DNA of 64,000 bases, taken from contig NW_003314295.1 in assembly GCF_000143415.4 (NCBI RefSeq), positions 463,512 through 527,511 on the forward strand, in the 5' to 3' direction. The notes beneath the pieces were generated by a model. The model saw only the letters and a program-made list of their open reading frames with translations. It did no database searches and was not told the DNA's origin. Positions 47,153-57,802 of the stretch are shown here, piece by piece. Position 1 is the first letter of the stretch. Every line of letters begins with the position of its first letter. A program made the translations under genes and the position numbers. Source of the DNA: Selaginella moellendorffii. Lineage: Eukaryota > Plantae > Lycopodiophyta.

Positions 47153-48763
47153 ATGGCGGAGGGGCAGCGAAGAGAGGTTTTGCTCGACGACGACACGCTC
47201 ATCGCCATTTTTCGGCTGCTGCTGCCGCGATCTCTTGCCAGATGCGCTGCGGTCTGCTCCCAATGGTGAGTCTCGATCGAAGCTTGCAGGAAATATGTCC
47301 CTGATCGATTCAATGCCTTGCTCCAGGCACAGGCTAGTAACTTCACAGCTCATGAAAGACGCATGCAGTAGACATGGGGGTTTAGTGTATAGCGATCCCT
47401 CGCGCTGCAAAGAGGCTATGATCAGAACGGAGCAGTTTGATCGACTTTTAAAATGCAACCCGAGAGTTCTTTCTTCTCAAGCTCACTCTGGCAGGTAAGC
47501 TCTATTTTTCCTCTTGTGATTTTCCAGCCCGAGGTTTCTCCAGAGTGAACTGCTGTCACTGGTCGATGGACACACTTGCAACAGGTTCCAGTGATAATGT
47601 AAGCTCGTCTAGAAAAAAATTTCTTACGTTTTCTTGCTTTTAATGCTTTATTTCATGGTGGCAGACTGTTAGTGTTTGGTCGATGGATTCCATGCAATGC
47701 ATGGAAGAATACAGAGTTCCAGATAGCGTCGCAGCTGTTAAGTTTGATGGAAGCAGAGTAAGTTCTCTAGTTGCTGGCCAATTCAAAGACTTCCATCCAG
47801 ATATTCGCAGCGGCTGGCAAGGATGTCCACATATGGAAACGTGGGAACCGCGAAACTCTTCGAGTTCTTGGAGGTCACAACCAACGCTTGCATTCTATGC
47901 AGTAAGCCTACGCTATCGAAGCTTGAAATGATTTTTCTTGATTGTTTTCCTTTCTGTTAGCTGCATCGATCCTGAGTTAGCGGTGGGCTGTGCGGATGGC
48001 ACAGTAAGGATTTTCGACATGTACACTGCTCGCTGCTCGATGCTCTTAAGGTGCGTTCCTTTTCGTTGAATGAAACTCTCAGACGTTCTTTGCAGGCACC
48101 ACACGGAAAAGGTAACGTGTATCAGATCTTTAAATAAGCCCAACGTACTAGTTAGTGGCTCCTATGACTGCTCCGTGCGACTATGGGATCCTTTGTCGGG
48201 GGAGAACGTTCGAAGCTACTTTCCGGCTTCTTCAGGTGCAGTCGCTCAACCCTTCGCAACTTCTATGAACTTGATAGCTCATCCCCTTACCAGCAGGCAT
48301 TTCCTGTCTTCATGTGGGAAAGGACAGGATTGAGCTCATCGTTGGAACTGTCTTGGGCGACATAGATTGCTTCGATATCCGGTACAATCTCTTCAACTGC
48401 TTGGTTTTCAGCTAGTTTCAACGTTTTTTCTTTTGTAGAGTCGGAGGCAGGCGGCCTTTGTGGTCTAGGCGCAGTGGTAACGGTCCAATCAACAGCATCC
48501 ACTGGCCAACCTATACACTCGACAATTCATGCATGATAAAGGCGATTCTGATCGGGGGAAACGATGGCAAGCTGCATCTTATCAATAGCGACACCGGCCG
48601 CACCTTTCGTACGTTTACGCGCGAGAGTCACTCTTCTCCAGTTTTATCAGCGAGGCTGGGACATACTCGGTTCGTGTCATGTCATGCCGACGGCACCGTG
48701 ACAAGGTGGATATTTGATCAAGGACGTACCCGCGTCGGCTTGGCCATCTGCCAAGCGTACTAG
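47153..48763 (+). CDS. F-box/WD40 repeat protein, multi-exon
   Basis: LDDDTLIAIFRLLLPRSLARCAAVCSQW (F-box); HTEKVTCI...LVSGSYDCSVRLWD; GCADGTVRIFD. Confidence 0.85.
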
Positions 48764-49156
48764 ATCTAATCAACTTCGTTATCAAGGTAATACTCTCCTT
48801 GTTTTTTCTTGTTTCCTAACGCCAAATCATCCCAGACATTTCAACAGAACATGAAAATCCAGAGACTAGTCCGCTGCATTGCTTTCAAGCAAAGTTTCTC
48901 GGCTTTTCCGGTCTTTGGAATGCGCATAACTTTCCTGGAATCCTCGAACCGCACGACTGTTGTCTAGCAGCCAGCACCAGGTTCTCGTTTTCCTAGCAAT
49001 CTCTAGCACCTATTTTTTCTACTCTCCAGATGTGAGCGAGACAATGGCTTAACTTGAGTATAAGAGTCGCAACATGCATTGAAATAGCCAACGCTCAACG
49101 CTCAAACAATTATATGGGTACGCTTATGATCCGCCTTGTCTAATAGATCGACTAAG

Positions 49157-51022
49157 TTACTGCCTAGAAGGAAGTTTTACCGTACGTCGAGCTCCCAAGC
49201 TACCGGAAGAACGATCTTCGCTGCGACGATCGTGGAGTGTTGCTGTCTCACCCAGCCCCCACCGCCGCATGAAGGCCTCCGTCTCCACATCCTCCACTAA
49301 TCCAGCTCGCGTCTTCATGACGTGCGTGGTGGCTCTGTGGAGCTCGACCTCGGCAGCTTTCATGATGCACGCCAGATCCAGGTCGTCCTCTTTCTTCCAG
49401 GTCGGGACGAACGCCTGGAAGTCGACGGAGTCCATCGCCGGCTCTGGGCTGGAGGAAGGAAGCTGGAGCTTTGGAACCGGGGCGGCTATGGGGATGTAGC
49501 GCGTGGAGGCGGCGTCGCCTTCGTCCTCCTCTTCCGGGATGGGTGCCAGTATCCAGTTGCCTTCGTAGACTGGGGATCCCAGAGGCTCGGGGGATTGAGC
49601 GGACTCGTCGCCTTCTTCGAGCATCTTGAGGAACTGCCGCGCGACCGAGTTGGCCTCGTCGTAAATGTTAGTGGCAGAGCGGTCAGTGCTATCAGCGGCG
49701 TGGTCCTCATGGATCTTCGGTGTGACTTTGGCGATGGCAAGCTCCTTGCCCGTCTCTGCTATTGAATCCACCTCTTCCTCCGAGCCGGTTGAGTCGTCCA
49801 GGCTGTAGTCTTCTTTGGAGATCTCCACGGGCTCTTCGATAGTCGGCTTCTTCTCGCGTCGCTTTGATGATGCGTCGGAGGTGCTCTGGATCTGTGCTTG
49901 AACGAGGGAGCAAAGCATGGAGTCGAGGCGGCTGTCCGGGGCGGTTCTCAGGTCCTCCTCGTCTTGGTTGTGATCTTCGCCACCTTGGTCGTTGTCCGAG
50001 CAAGAAGACGAGCACGCCTCCTGCGCGAGGCCTGCGAGATCGGGCATCGACTTGAGCGACTCGGAGCGGGCAAAGAGCGTGGACGAGACGTTGACGAGGC
50101 CGCTGAGAGGACGGAGCCGCCGCCAGAGTGCTGGGCGATTGTGCTGCTGCTCGTTGGCGAATCGGCAGCTCTCGGTTCGGATGGATGGATTTGAAGGAGC
50201 TGGAACAGCGGTTGCCGCAGCATCGCCACCACCACCACTGCTTTTGGAGAAGTTGACAAACTCGTACCCAATGCTTGCGACCACACTGGCGCCTTTGAGG
50301 TTCTCGGAAGCGCTGATCACGAAGGCGGCAGTCCAGGCGCTCGAGGCGGCAAAGTCGGCGGTGTCGCCGATCGCGTCTGGGAGAATGCTGCCGAGGTCGA
50401 GCGTGAGCTCGCCAAGAACCGCCTGATCGAAGCTCGACACGATGAGCAGCCGGAACGACTTGGACACCGGGTGCTTGATGGCGTGCGGCGAAGCCCTGGA
50501 CGCCCTCACCTTGGAGTGGAGATGGAGCGTCTCCTCGAATTCAACGCTGCCATTGAGAGCTCGCGACGCCAGAGTCTTGGAAGAACGCGCCTTGCGCAGG
50601 CAGTGGACCTCGAGGAGGATGCCGTGCGTGAGGTAGACGGGGAGATCGCGAATGGCGTGGATGTGGATGGAGAAGACGCAATCGAATGCCCGGTAGTGGA
50701 AGAAGCGCCAGCCCCAAAACCTCTGCTGCTGCTGCTGCTGCTCCTGCTGCCGAATCGGATGATCCTTCTTCTTGCTGTTCTTCGCGTTGTTCTTCGCGAT
50801 CTTTGGCTGCTCAAAACCCTGGGAGTGCGTGAGATATCGCCTCCATTCCCCCGCCTCGGGCCTTGGCGCTGCGTCTTTGCCTGCATTGTAGCTCACTGGC
50901 CCCGATCGCGACTGGCTCGCCGCGGCCTTCGATCCGGGCGGCTTGAGCAGCCTCGAGCTCGGCTTCTCGGTCGCATCAAACATCCTGCCCATCTCCCTGC
51001 CGAAATACCCAGCTCCAAACAT
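49157..51022 (-). CDS. PLASTID MOVEMENT IMPAIRED1-related (NT-C2 domain) protein, short form
   Basis: FSIHIHAIRDLP...VEFEETL...LGELTLDL; SVARQFLKML; LVEDVETEAFMRRWGL. Confidence 0.78.
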   Translation of the reverse strand: MFGAGYFGREMGRMFDATEKPSSRLLKPPGSKAAASQSRSGPVSYNAGKDAAPRPEAGEWRRYLTHSQGFEQPKIAKNNAKNSKKKDHPIRQQEQQQQQQRFWGWRFFHYRAFDCVFSIHIHAIRDLPVYLTHGILLEVHCLRKARSSKTLASRALNGSVEFEETLHLHSKVRASRASPHAIKHPVSKSFRLLIVSSFDQAVLGELTLDLGSILPDAIGDTADFAASSAWTAAFVISASENLKGASVVASIGYEFVNFSKSSGGGGDAAATAVPAPSNPSIRTESCRFANEQQHNRPALWRRLRPLSGLVNVSSTLFARSESLKSMPDLAGLAQEACSSSCSDNDQGGEDHNQDEEDLRTAPDSRLDSMLCSLVQAQIQSTSDASSKRREKKPTIEEPVEISKEDYSLDDSTGSEEEVDSIAETGKELAIAKVTPKIHEDHAADSTDRSATNIYDEANSVARQFLKMLEEGDESAQSPEPLGSPVYEGNWILAPIPEEEDEGDAASTRYIPIAAPVPKLQLPSSSPEPAMDSVDFQAFVPTWKKEDDLDLACIMKAAEVELHRATTHVMKTRAGLVEDVETEAFMRRWGLGETATLHDRRSEDRSSGSLGARRTVKLPSRQ

Positions 51023-52067
51023 CAAGAAAGTGCCGCCGCTGTCAAGAAACAACAGCTTACCGCGGCGATCGCAAAGAAAGAATGGTCAGCTCATGGCGCG
51101 GGCGCGCGCGCGCTGGCATGGAAGCGAAGAACCCTAAAATCCTCTCCCCACCACTCTCTGAATCAATGCAGCACACCGGCACTAAATCTTTGTTTTCTAC
51201 TTCAAAATACCGGTAGCGCGGGATATGGGTTTGATCCTCGAGGGCCATTTATTCCAACGCCTGGCAAAATCTGGGCCGTTGATCTGCCAAGGCCAGAATT
51301 TAGAGTAACTTTGCCGCATTTTTAAAAAGTCACACTCCATTTTTAGGGCTCTTGCCCATGAGCCTCTAGGGTTTCAATTCCTTTGAGACAAGAATCCACA
51401 GCGCCTTGGAGCGGCCGTGGGCGCCGCGATAGATCCGCTCTCGCAACTCGAGGTACTGTAAATCCTCCCGTGCTCTCTCTGTTCAAGGTCGAATTTTTTT
51501 CTTTCTTTCTTTCTTTTTTTCTTTCGTTTTCTTTGGTCCGGCCCTTTCGTGAATTGCCCCGATCTGCGAGAATTTTGCCTTGTTTTCCTTAGCTCGACAA
51601 AATTGCAGGGCTGCATGTCCGCTACTTCTTGAGTTTTCTAAGAGTTTGTAAAGTTAGCGGAGAAAAGCAATTGGGCAAACACCTTGTGTTTGTTCCTGTG
51701 AGGCGGAGGAAAAAAAAAAAAGACCCTACAAAGCACGCTGGGAAAAATGCTACTGGATATCAAAAACTGTGTATGAGACACATACTGGAGAAAGATCCTC
51801 TTATTTTACCTGAAAACTTCGATCTCGATCGACTCTTTGCTTTTTTCTTGTGAGTGTGCCTTTTGTGAGTGTGCCTGGTGTCATTACTTCTTTGACTATC
51901 ACACCACTGTTCTCTCTCGTATTGCTTGCTCGCTTGCTTTGCGTGCTGGAGCTTGAGTGTGGCTTCAGTGTTCTTCGTTTTGCTTTGCTTCGTTTTTCTG
52001 GTTCCTCGTTTTTAATGGTTGTTGACAGTGGCATAGTTGTATAACAGGTAGTGAAATCTCTCTCAGA

Positions 52068-53384
52068 ATGCCAAAGGATAAAAGTAGCAGCACTTTCTCA
52101 AATAAGTCTCATGATTTGTTTTACAAGCCTTACTCGACAACGCGGGGGGCATCGCCCAAGCAGGAGGACACCGCCGAGTGGGAGGACGTGACTTGCCCGA
52201 TATGCATGGAGTCACCCCACAACGCAGTGCTCCTCCTGTGCTCCTCCTCGGACAAAGGCTGCCGCCCCTATATGTGCGATACCAGCTATCGCCACGCAAA
52301 CTGTCTAGACCAGTACATCAAAGCTCACGCGAAAGCTCAGTCACCCAGCAACGCCAGCGTCAACACCTTCATCACCAGCGGCGGCGGCGGCGCATCTCTG
52401 AACTCACCGGCTGCTCGCTCCGCCGCCACCTCCGCCGCTAGAGGACCGACAGACATATCCGGACATATCGAGCTATACAAGGCTTGCAAAGGCTTGGAGC
52501 TCGTGTGCCCGCTGTGCCGGGGCAAAGTTAGCGGCTGGAAGGTGGTGGAGAGAGCCCGGCAGAAGCTCAACGTGAAGCGGCGGGGCTGCGCTCACGACTC
52601 GTGCGCGTACGTCGGGGCTTACGACCAGCTGCGCAAGCACGCCAGATATGTGCATCCTTACGCTCGCCCCTCGGAGGTTGATCCGGCTCGCCAGAGGGAC
52701 TGGTGGCGGCTCGAGAGCCAGAGGGACTTGGGCGACGTTTTCAGCACCATCCAGTCGGCGATGCCGGGGGCGACCATCGTCGGGGACTACGTGATCGAGG
52801 ATGGCGACGAGGAGGACGAGGAGCGGGACGAGGAGCACGAGCACGAGTTCGATCTGGAGCACGAGCACGAGGACGACGACGACGACGACGACGACGACCA
52901 GTTCCACGACAACAACGCTGGCGTTGGCGGTGGTGGCAGTGGTGGCGGTGGTGGTGGTGGCGGCGGCGGCAGCGGTGCTAGCGGCTCGCCCGTCGCCGGT
53001 GTGGACCGCAACTTGTGGACGATGCTGTTTCTCTTCCGAGTCTTTGGGGGATCGTCGTCTTCGTCCTCTGCCGCTAGCAGCCGAGATCATCACACGAGCA
53101 GCAGCGGTGGGAGCAGCCACTCTCATCACCAGCAGCAGCAGCAGCATCGCGCTCACGGCGGCAGCAGCCGCCAGCAGCATTACCAGCCCCGTCACCGCCA
53201 TCACCTCGGTGTGGCTCCGCCGCCCAGGAGCTACCGAGGAGCCACATCGCCATACTTTGCGCCCCGTGGTGGTGGAAGCTCCTCGAGCGGCAGCAGCCGC
53301 GCTGCGATAATGGATCGCAATAGGACGACGACTTCGTCTTCGTCATCGGCGTCTAGAAATCGACGCCGGAGCCACCATCGCTGA
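52068..53384 (+). CDS. DUF1644 zinc-finger protein
   Basis: WEDVTCPICMESPHNAVLLLCSSSDKGCRPYMCDTSYRHANCLDQY; LVCPLCRGKV; LRKHAR...HP..RPSEVDP. Confidence 0.92.
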   Translation: MPKDKSSSTFSNKSHDLFYKPYSTTRGASPKQEDTAEWEDVTCPICMESPHNAVLLLCSSSDKGCRPYMCDTSYRHANCLDQYIKAHAKAQSPSNASVNTFITSGGGGASLNSPAARSAATSAARGPTDISGHIELYKACKGLELVCPLCRGKVSGWKVVERARQKLNVKRRGCAHDSCAYVGAYDQLRKHARYVHPYARPSEVDPARQRDWWRLESQRDLGDVFSTIQSAMPGATIVGDYVIEDGDEEDEERDEEHEHEFDLEHEHEDDDDDDDDDQFHDNNAGVGGGGSGGGGGGGGGGSGASGSPVAGVDRNLWTMLFLFRVFGGSSSSSSAASSRDHHTSSSGGSSHSHHQQQQQHRAHGGSSRQQHYQPRHRHHLGVAPPPRSYRGATSPYFAPRGGGSSSSGSSRAAIMDRNRTTTSSSSSASRNRRRSHHR

Positions 53385-53527
53385 GCAAAGACGAGAGCAA
53401 AGTTCTTATTTCTTCCTTTTTTCAAATCAAATAGCCCGCCCAAGGGTATATTCCACTTCTCTGCTTTTTTGAATTCAAATCACCCGCATATTCTATATCA
53501 TTTTTAGGGTTCTTGGGGCTAGGGTTT

Positions 53528-56089
53528 ATGGCGACCGCGATCTCGTGGAGCGCGCATTCTCCGCCTCTCCCGCAATGCGGCGTCTCGATCGGAGTGTTTC
53601 GAACGTCCCGAGCAGGGACATCGGCTTCGGCGGCGGTGGCGCCGTCCTGTGCCACTGGTGCCGACGAGATTTTCAGCGTGCGCGGTGCCGAGGAGGCGTC
53701 CAAGCAGATCGAGACGAGAGTCGCCAAGCTGGTGAGTGCCTTCTCGTCGCCGGGGGGGAAATCACAGGATCTGGAGGGCGTAGCGCTGTGTCCTCGTGTG
53801 GCGGGGCGTGTCCTAGAGAGGATGTCCGACCCAGATGCCGCGCTGCGCTTCTTCCACTGGGCGAGCAAGCAGCAGGGCTTCGATCACAACGTCTACACCT
53901 ACAATCGCCTGTTTGAGGCGCTGCTGCGGGCTCGCCGGATCGATGAGACTTGCCACATCCTTAAGAACGGGTGGCCTCCCGGGATCACGCCCAACGTCTT
54001 CACGTATGCTGTGGTGATCCAGAGCCTGTGTAAGTCCGGGGATCTGGACAAGGCTTGCGAGCTCCTGGAGGAGATGAGAGAATCCGGGCCCGTCCCAGAT
54101 GCCGCGATTTACAACTTCGTCATCCATGCTCTCTGCAAGGCCAGGAACACCGCAAAGGCTCTCGACTACTTTAGAAGCATGGAATGTGAAAAGAATGTGA
54201 TCACGTGGACCATTATGATCGATGGCCTCTGCAAGGCAAATCGCCTACCCGAGGCCACCACCTATTTCGCGAAGATGAAGAAGAAAGGTACTGTGCCTAA
54301 CGAGTGGACTTACAATGTGCTGATCAATGGATTTTGCAAGGTACACAAGGTGCACAGAGCCTACTTGCTGCTCAAGGAGATGAAAGAGTCGGGGCTTGCT
54401 CCAAATGTGGTGACTTACAGCACGGTTATCCATGGATTCTGCCGGCAGACAAAGGTTGACACGGCTTACAAGCTCTTCCGGCAAATGGTGGAGAACGGCT
54501 GCATGCCAAACCTTGTGACTTACAACACGCTGCTCTCGGGGCTGTGCCGCAATGGGCTCATGGACGAGGCTTATGAGCTCTTGGACGAGATGAGGGAACG
54601 GGGGCTCCAACCGGACAAGTTCAGCTATGACACCCTCATGGCTGGGCTTTGCAAGACTGGGAAGATCGATATGGCTTTGAAAGTCTTCGAGGATAACAGC
54701 AACGGTGATTGTCCTCCGGACGTTGTAGCTTACAGCACTCTCATCGCTGGGCTTTGCAAGACTGGAAGGCTTGACGAGGCTTGCAAGCTCTTTGAGAAAA
54801 TGCGAGAGAACTCCTGCGAGCCTGACGTTGTCACTTTCACGGCACTCATGGATGGACTGTGCAAAGGGGACCGTTTGCAAGAGGCGCAACAGGTTTTGGA
54901 GACGATGGAGGACCGGAACTGCACTCCCAACGTGATCACTTACAGCAGCCTGATCGACGGGCTTTGCAAGACTGGCCAGGTGCGAGACGCTCAAGAGGTT
55001 TTCAAGAGAATGATAGTCCGGGGCATTGAGCCAAACGTGGTGACTTACAACAGCTTGATCCATGGCTTTTGCATGACCAACGGGGTAGACTCCGCACTTT
55101 TGCTGATGGAAGAGATGACAGCAACAGGGTGCCTTCCGGATATCATCACCTACAACACACTTATTGACGGACTTTGCAAGACGGGAAGGGCGCCGGAAGC
55201 GAACAGGCTGTTTGGAGACATGAAGGCCAAGTTTTGCAACCCGGATGTTATCACGTACAGCTGCTTGATCGGCGGGTTTTGTAAGCTGGAGAGGATCGAC
55301 ATGGCTCGCACGTTGTTCGACGACATGCTCAAGCAGGCAGTCCTCCCCGATGTCGTCACTTTCTCGACACTAGTGGAAGGATACTGTAATGCTGGACTGG
55401 TGGATGATGCCGAGAGGCTTCTGGAAGAGATGGTTGCCAGTGACTGCTCTCCGGACGTGTATACTTACACAAGCCTGGTCGACGGCTTCTGCAAAGTCGG
55501 AAGAATGGTGGAGGCGCGCAGAGTTCTCAAGCGAATGGCCAAGCGGGGATGCCAGCCCAACGTGGTGACTTACACCGCTCTCATTGACGCGTTCTGCAGA
55601 GCTGGGAAGCCGACAGTGGCTTACAAGCTGTTGGAGGAGATGGTTGGCAACGGCGTCCAGCCGAACGTTATCACGTACAGGAGCTTGATCGGTGGCTTCT
55701 GTGGGACTGGGGACCTGGAAGAGGCTCGCAAGATGCTCGAGAGACTGGAGCGCGACGAGAACTGCAAGGCGGATATGTTCGCGTACCGGGTGATGATGGA
55801 CGGGCTGTGTAGAACAGGGAGAATGAGCGCAGCTCTGGAGCTTCTCGAGGCCATCAAGCAGAGTGGCACGCCTCCTCGCCACGATATCTATGTGGCGTTG
55901 ATCAGGGGGCTGTGCCAGGGGAAAGAGCTCGGCAAAGCCATGGAAGTTTTGGAAGAGATGACGCTCTCGAGGAAAAGCAGGCCAAATGCCGAGGCTTACG
56001 AGGCGGTGATCCAGGAGCTAGCGAGAGAAGGGAGGCACGAAGAGGCAAACGCGCTCGCAGACGAATTACTTGGTAACAAAGGCCAGTAA
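53528..56089 (+). CDS. P-class PPR protein (~20 tandem 35-aa repeats)
   Basis: PNVVTYxxLIxGxCK repeats; ALRFFHWASKQQGFDH. Confidence 0.95.
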   Translation: MATAISWSAHSPPLPQCGVSIGVFRTSRAGTSASAAVAPSCATGADEIFSVRGAEEASKQIETRVAKLVSAFSSPGGKSQDLEGVALCPRVAGRVLERMSDPDAALRFFHWASKQQGFDHNVYTYNRLFEALLRARRIDETCHILKNGWPPGITPNVFTYAVVIQSLCKSGDLDKACELLEEMRESGPVPDAAIYNFVIHALCKARNTAKALDYFRSMECEKNVITWTIMIDGLCKANRLPEATTYFAKMKKKGTVPNEWTYNVLINGFCKVHKVHRAYLLLKEMKESGLAPNVVTYSTVIHGFCRQTKVDTAYKLFRQMVENGCMPNLVTYNTLLSGLCRNGLMDEAYELLDEMRERGLQPDKFSYDTLMAGLCKTGKIDMALKVFEDNSNGDCPPDVVAYSTLIAGLCKTGRLDEACKLFEKMRENSCEPDVVTFTALMDGLCKGDRLQEAQQVLETMEDRNCTPNVITYSSLIDGLCKTGQVRDAQEVFKRMIVRGIEPNVVTYNSLIHGFCMTNGVDSALLLMEEMTATGCLPDIITYNTLIDGLCKTGRAPEANRLFGDMKAKFCNPDVITYSCLIGGFCKLERIDMARTLFDDMLKQAVLPDVVTFSTLVEGYCNAGLVDDAERLLEEMVASDCSPDVYTYTSLVDGFCKVGRMVEARRVLKRMAKRGCQPNVVTYTALIDAFCRAGKPTVAYKLLEEMVGNGVQPNVITYRSLIGGFCGTGDLEEARKMLERLERDENCKADMFAYRVMMDGLCRTGRMSAALELLEAIKQSGTPPRHDIYVALIRGLCQGKELGKAMEVLEEMTLSRKSRPNAEAYEAVIQELAREGRHEEANALADELLGNKGQ

Positions 56090-57070
56090 AGAGAGATTGT
56101 AATCACAAATCCTGAATATTGTGTGAATACTATAGATGTTCTCCTGGTATGTTTCCTAAGGCTTTTGCAGAAATCAACAACAGTGGCCTTAAAACTTATG
56201 TTCCATACCACTCATTTGCTAGCGATAAGTCAAAGCCTATATATCCATCGTGTCATAACAGAATGTCATTTACTTTTTCAACCCGTGAGAATTGTAGATC
56301 TCGTTAGCAAAAATTATTCACAAGACCCTAGATCACATCCATAATAGATGGATCACCAGCATCACTTTTTCACCTCATTGTTAACTTTCAATTTTTCCGT
56401 AATGATTCCTTTGAAAGTGATAAAAATGATTTCATTATTCTCAATTGTAAATCATAAATTTTTCTTTTTCACTTTGTCTTGGTTTTAGTTATGTTCCAAT
56501 TTTTTCTTAGCCTTATGTATATTCATTTACATACTACACGAACAACCAAAGGTTCCCACTTATTGTACTAATTCATTCTTCGCCTTATGTAGATTCAACT
56601 ACGTGCTACATGAATAACACGAGCAACACAAGCAAGAGAACAACCATTCAACTGTTCAGTTTCTATTTTTATTTATAAAGCCCTCTTTCACAGTTTAAAG
56701 TTCACATAAGACTCTTCTTTCATGGCTGTTTCATCCATTGTGAGCATTTTTGCAGCGGAGAAAAGCTATTCCATTCCACCAGTGTGTAAACTCCTTGCCT
56801 CTCCAGTGCTGAATCCTCTGTACGATGCAAAGGCCGAGTCTCAGATCAATGCGTGGTGCGCCGAGTTTCTGAAGTTGCAACCTGGAAGCGAGAAAGCTGT
56901 CTTTGTTCAAGAAAGCAGGCTTGGATTGCTCCCGGCTTATGGTTACCCCAGCATTCCATACGAGAAGATTGTTCCGGTTGCAAAGTTCTTCGCTTGGTAC
57001 TTTCATGCAGATGACATTCTGGATAGCCCGGAGATCTCCTCGTCGGACATGAGGAATGTGGCAACTGCAT
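55006..57070 (+). repeat. Source segment of tandem duplication (PPR 3' part plus MTPSL), repeated at 62326-64000
   Basis: Direct sequence match, with two deletions and one insertion in the downstream copy. Confidence 0.92.
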
Positions 57071-57768
57071 ACAAGATGGTTTTAAAGGGAAAATTCGACG
57101 AGGCCACGCTTCCAGTGAAAAATCCGGAGCTGCTGAGGCAAATGAAGATGTTATCTGAGGTCTTGGAAGAATTGTCCCTCCATGTAGTGGATGAATCAGG
57201 CCGATTCGTGGATGCTCTGACCAAGGTGATCGACATGTTTGAGATTGAATCGAGCTGGCTTCGCAAGCAAATCATTCCCAACTTGGATACATACCTCTGG
57301 CTGAGAGAGATCACATCTGGTGTGGCTCCTTGCTTTGCTCTGATTGATGGTTTGCTGCAACTTAGGCTGGAGGAGCGTGGCGTGCTGGATCATCCTCTCA
57401 TACGCAAGGTTGAGGAGATTGGGACGCACCACATTGCGCTCCACAATGACATGATCTCGTTCAGGAAGGAGTGGGCGAAAGGATACTACCTCAACGCCGT
57501 GCCCATTCTCGCCAGCAATTGTAAGTGTGGCTTGAACGAGGCAATTGGCAAGGTTGCGAGCATGGTGGAGGATTTGGAGAAGGATTTCGCCCAGACAAAG
57601 CATGAGATCGTTTCAAGTGGGCTTGCCATGAAGCAAGGAGTCATGGACTATGTGGACGGGATAGAGGTGTGGATGGCCGGAAGCGTAGAATGGGCATGGA
57701 CGAGCGCTAGATACCATGGAATTGGGTGGATCCCTCCTCCAGAAAAATCAGCGACCTTCCAACTCTAG
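56722..57768 (+). CDS. MTPSL: Microbial terpene synthase-like protein (MTPSL), intronless
   Basis: 348 aa; DDxxD (DDILD), NSE/DTE-like NDMISFRKE, WxxxxRY (WTSARY); TATAAAG at ~56674. Confidence 0.93.
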   Translation: MAVSSIVSIFAAEKSYSIPPVCKLLASPVLNPLYDAKAESQINAWCAEFLKLQPGSEKAVFVQESRLGLLPAYGYPSIPYEKIVPVAKFFAWYFHADDILDSPEISSSDMRNVATAYKMVLKGKFDEATLPVKNPELLRQMKMLSEVLEELSLHVVDESGRFVDALTKVIDMFEIESSWLRKQIIPNLDTYLWLREITSGVAPCFALIDGLLQLRLEERGVLDHPLIRKVEEIGTHHIALHNDMISFRKEWAKGYYLNAVPILASNCKCGLNEAIGKVASMVEDLEKDFAQTKHEIVSSGLAMKQGVMDYVDGIEVWMAGSVEWAWTSARYHGIGWIPPPEKSATFQL

Positions 57769-57802
57769 ATTGTTGCTCAAATAGTAAATAATAATTTCTC
57801 TC

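Noticed and set aside
42809-57768. UGT plus MTPSL as a terpenoid biosynthetic gene cluster
   Set aside because: They are 12 kb apart with six unrelated genes between them and no P450 or other tailoring enzyme; no support from sequence alone.
56722-57768. Bacterial/fungal contamination explaining the microbial-type terpene synthase
   Set aside because: Flanked by plant PPR genes, has a TATA box, is tandemly duplicated with plant sequence, and MTPSLs are a known non-seed-plant family.
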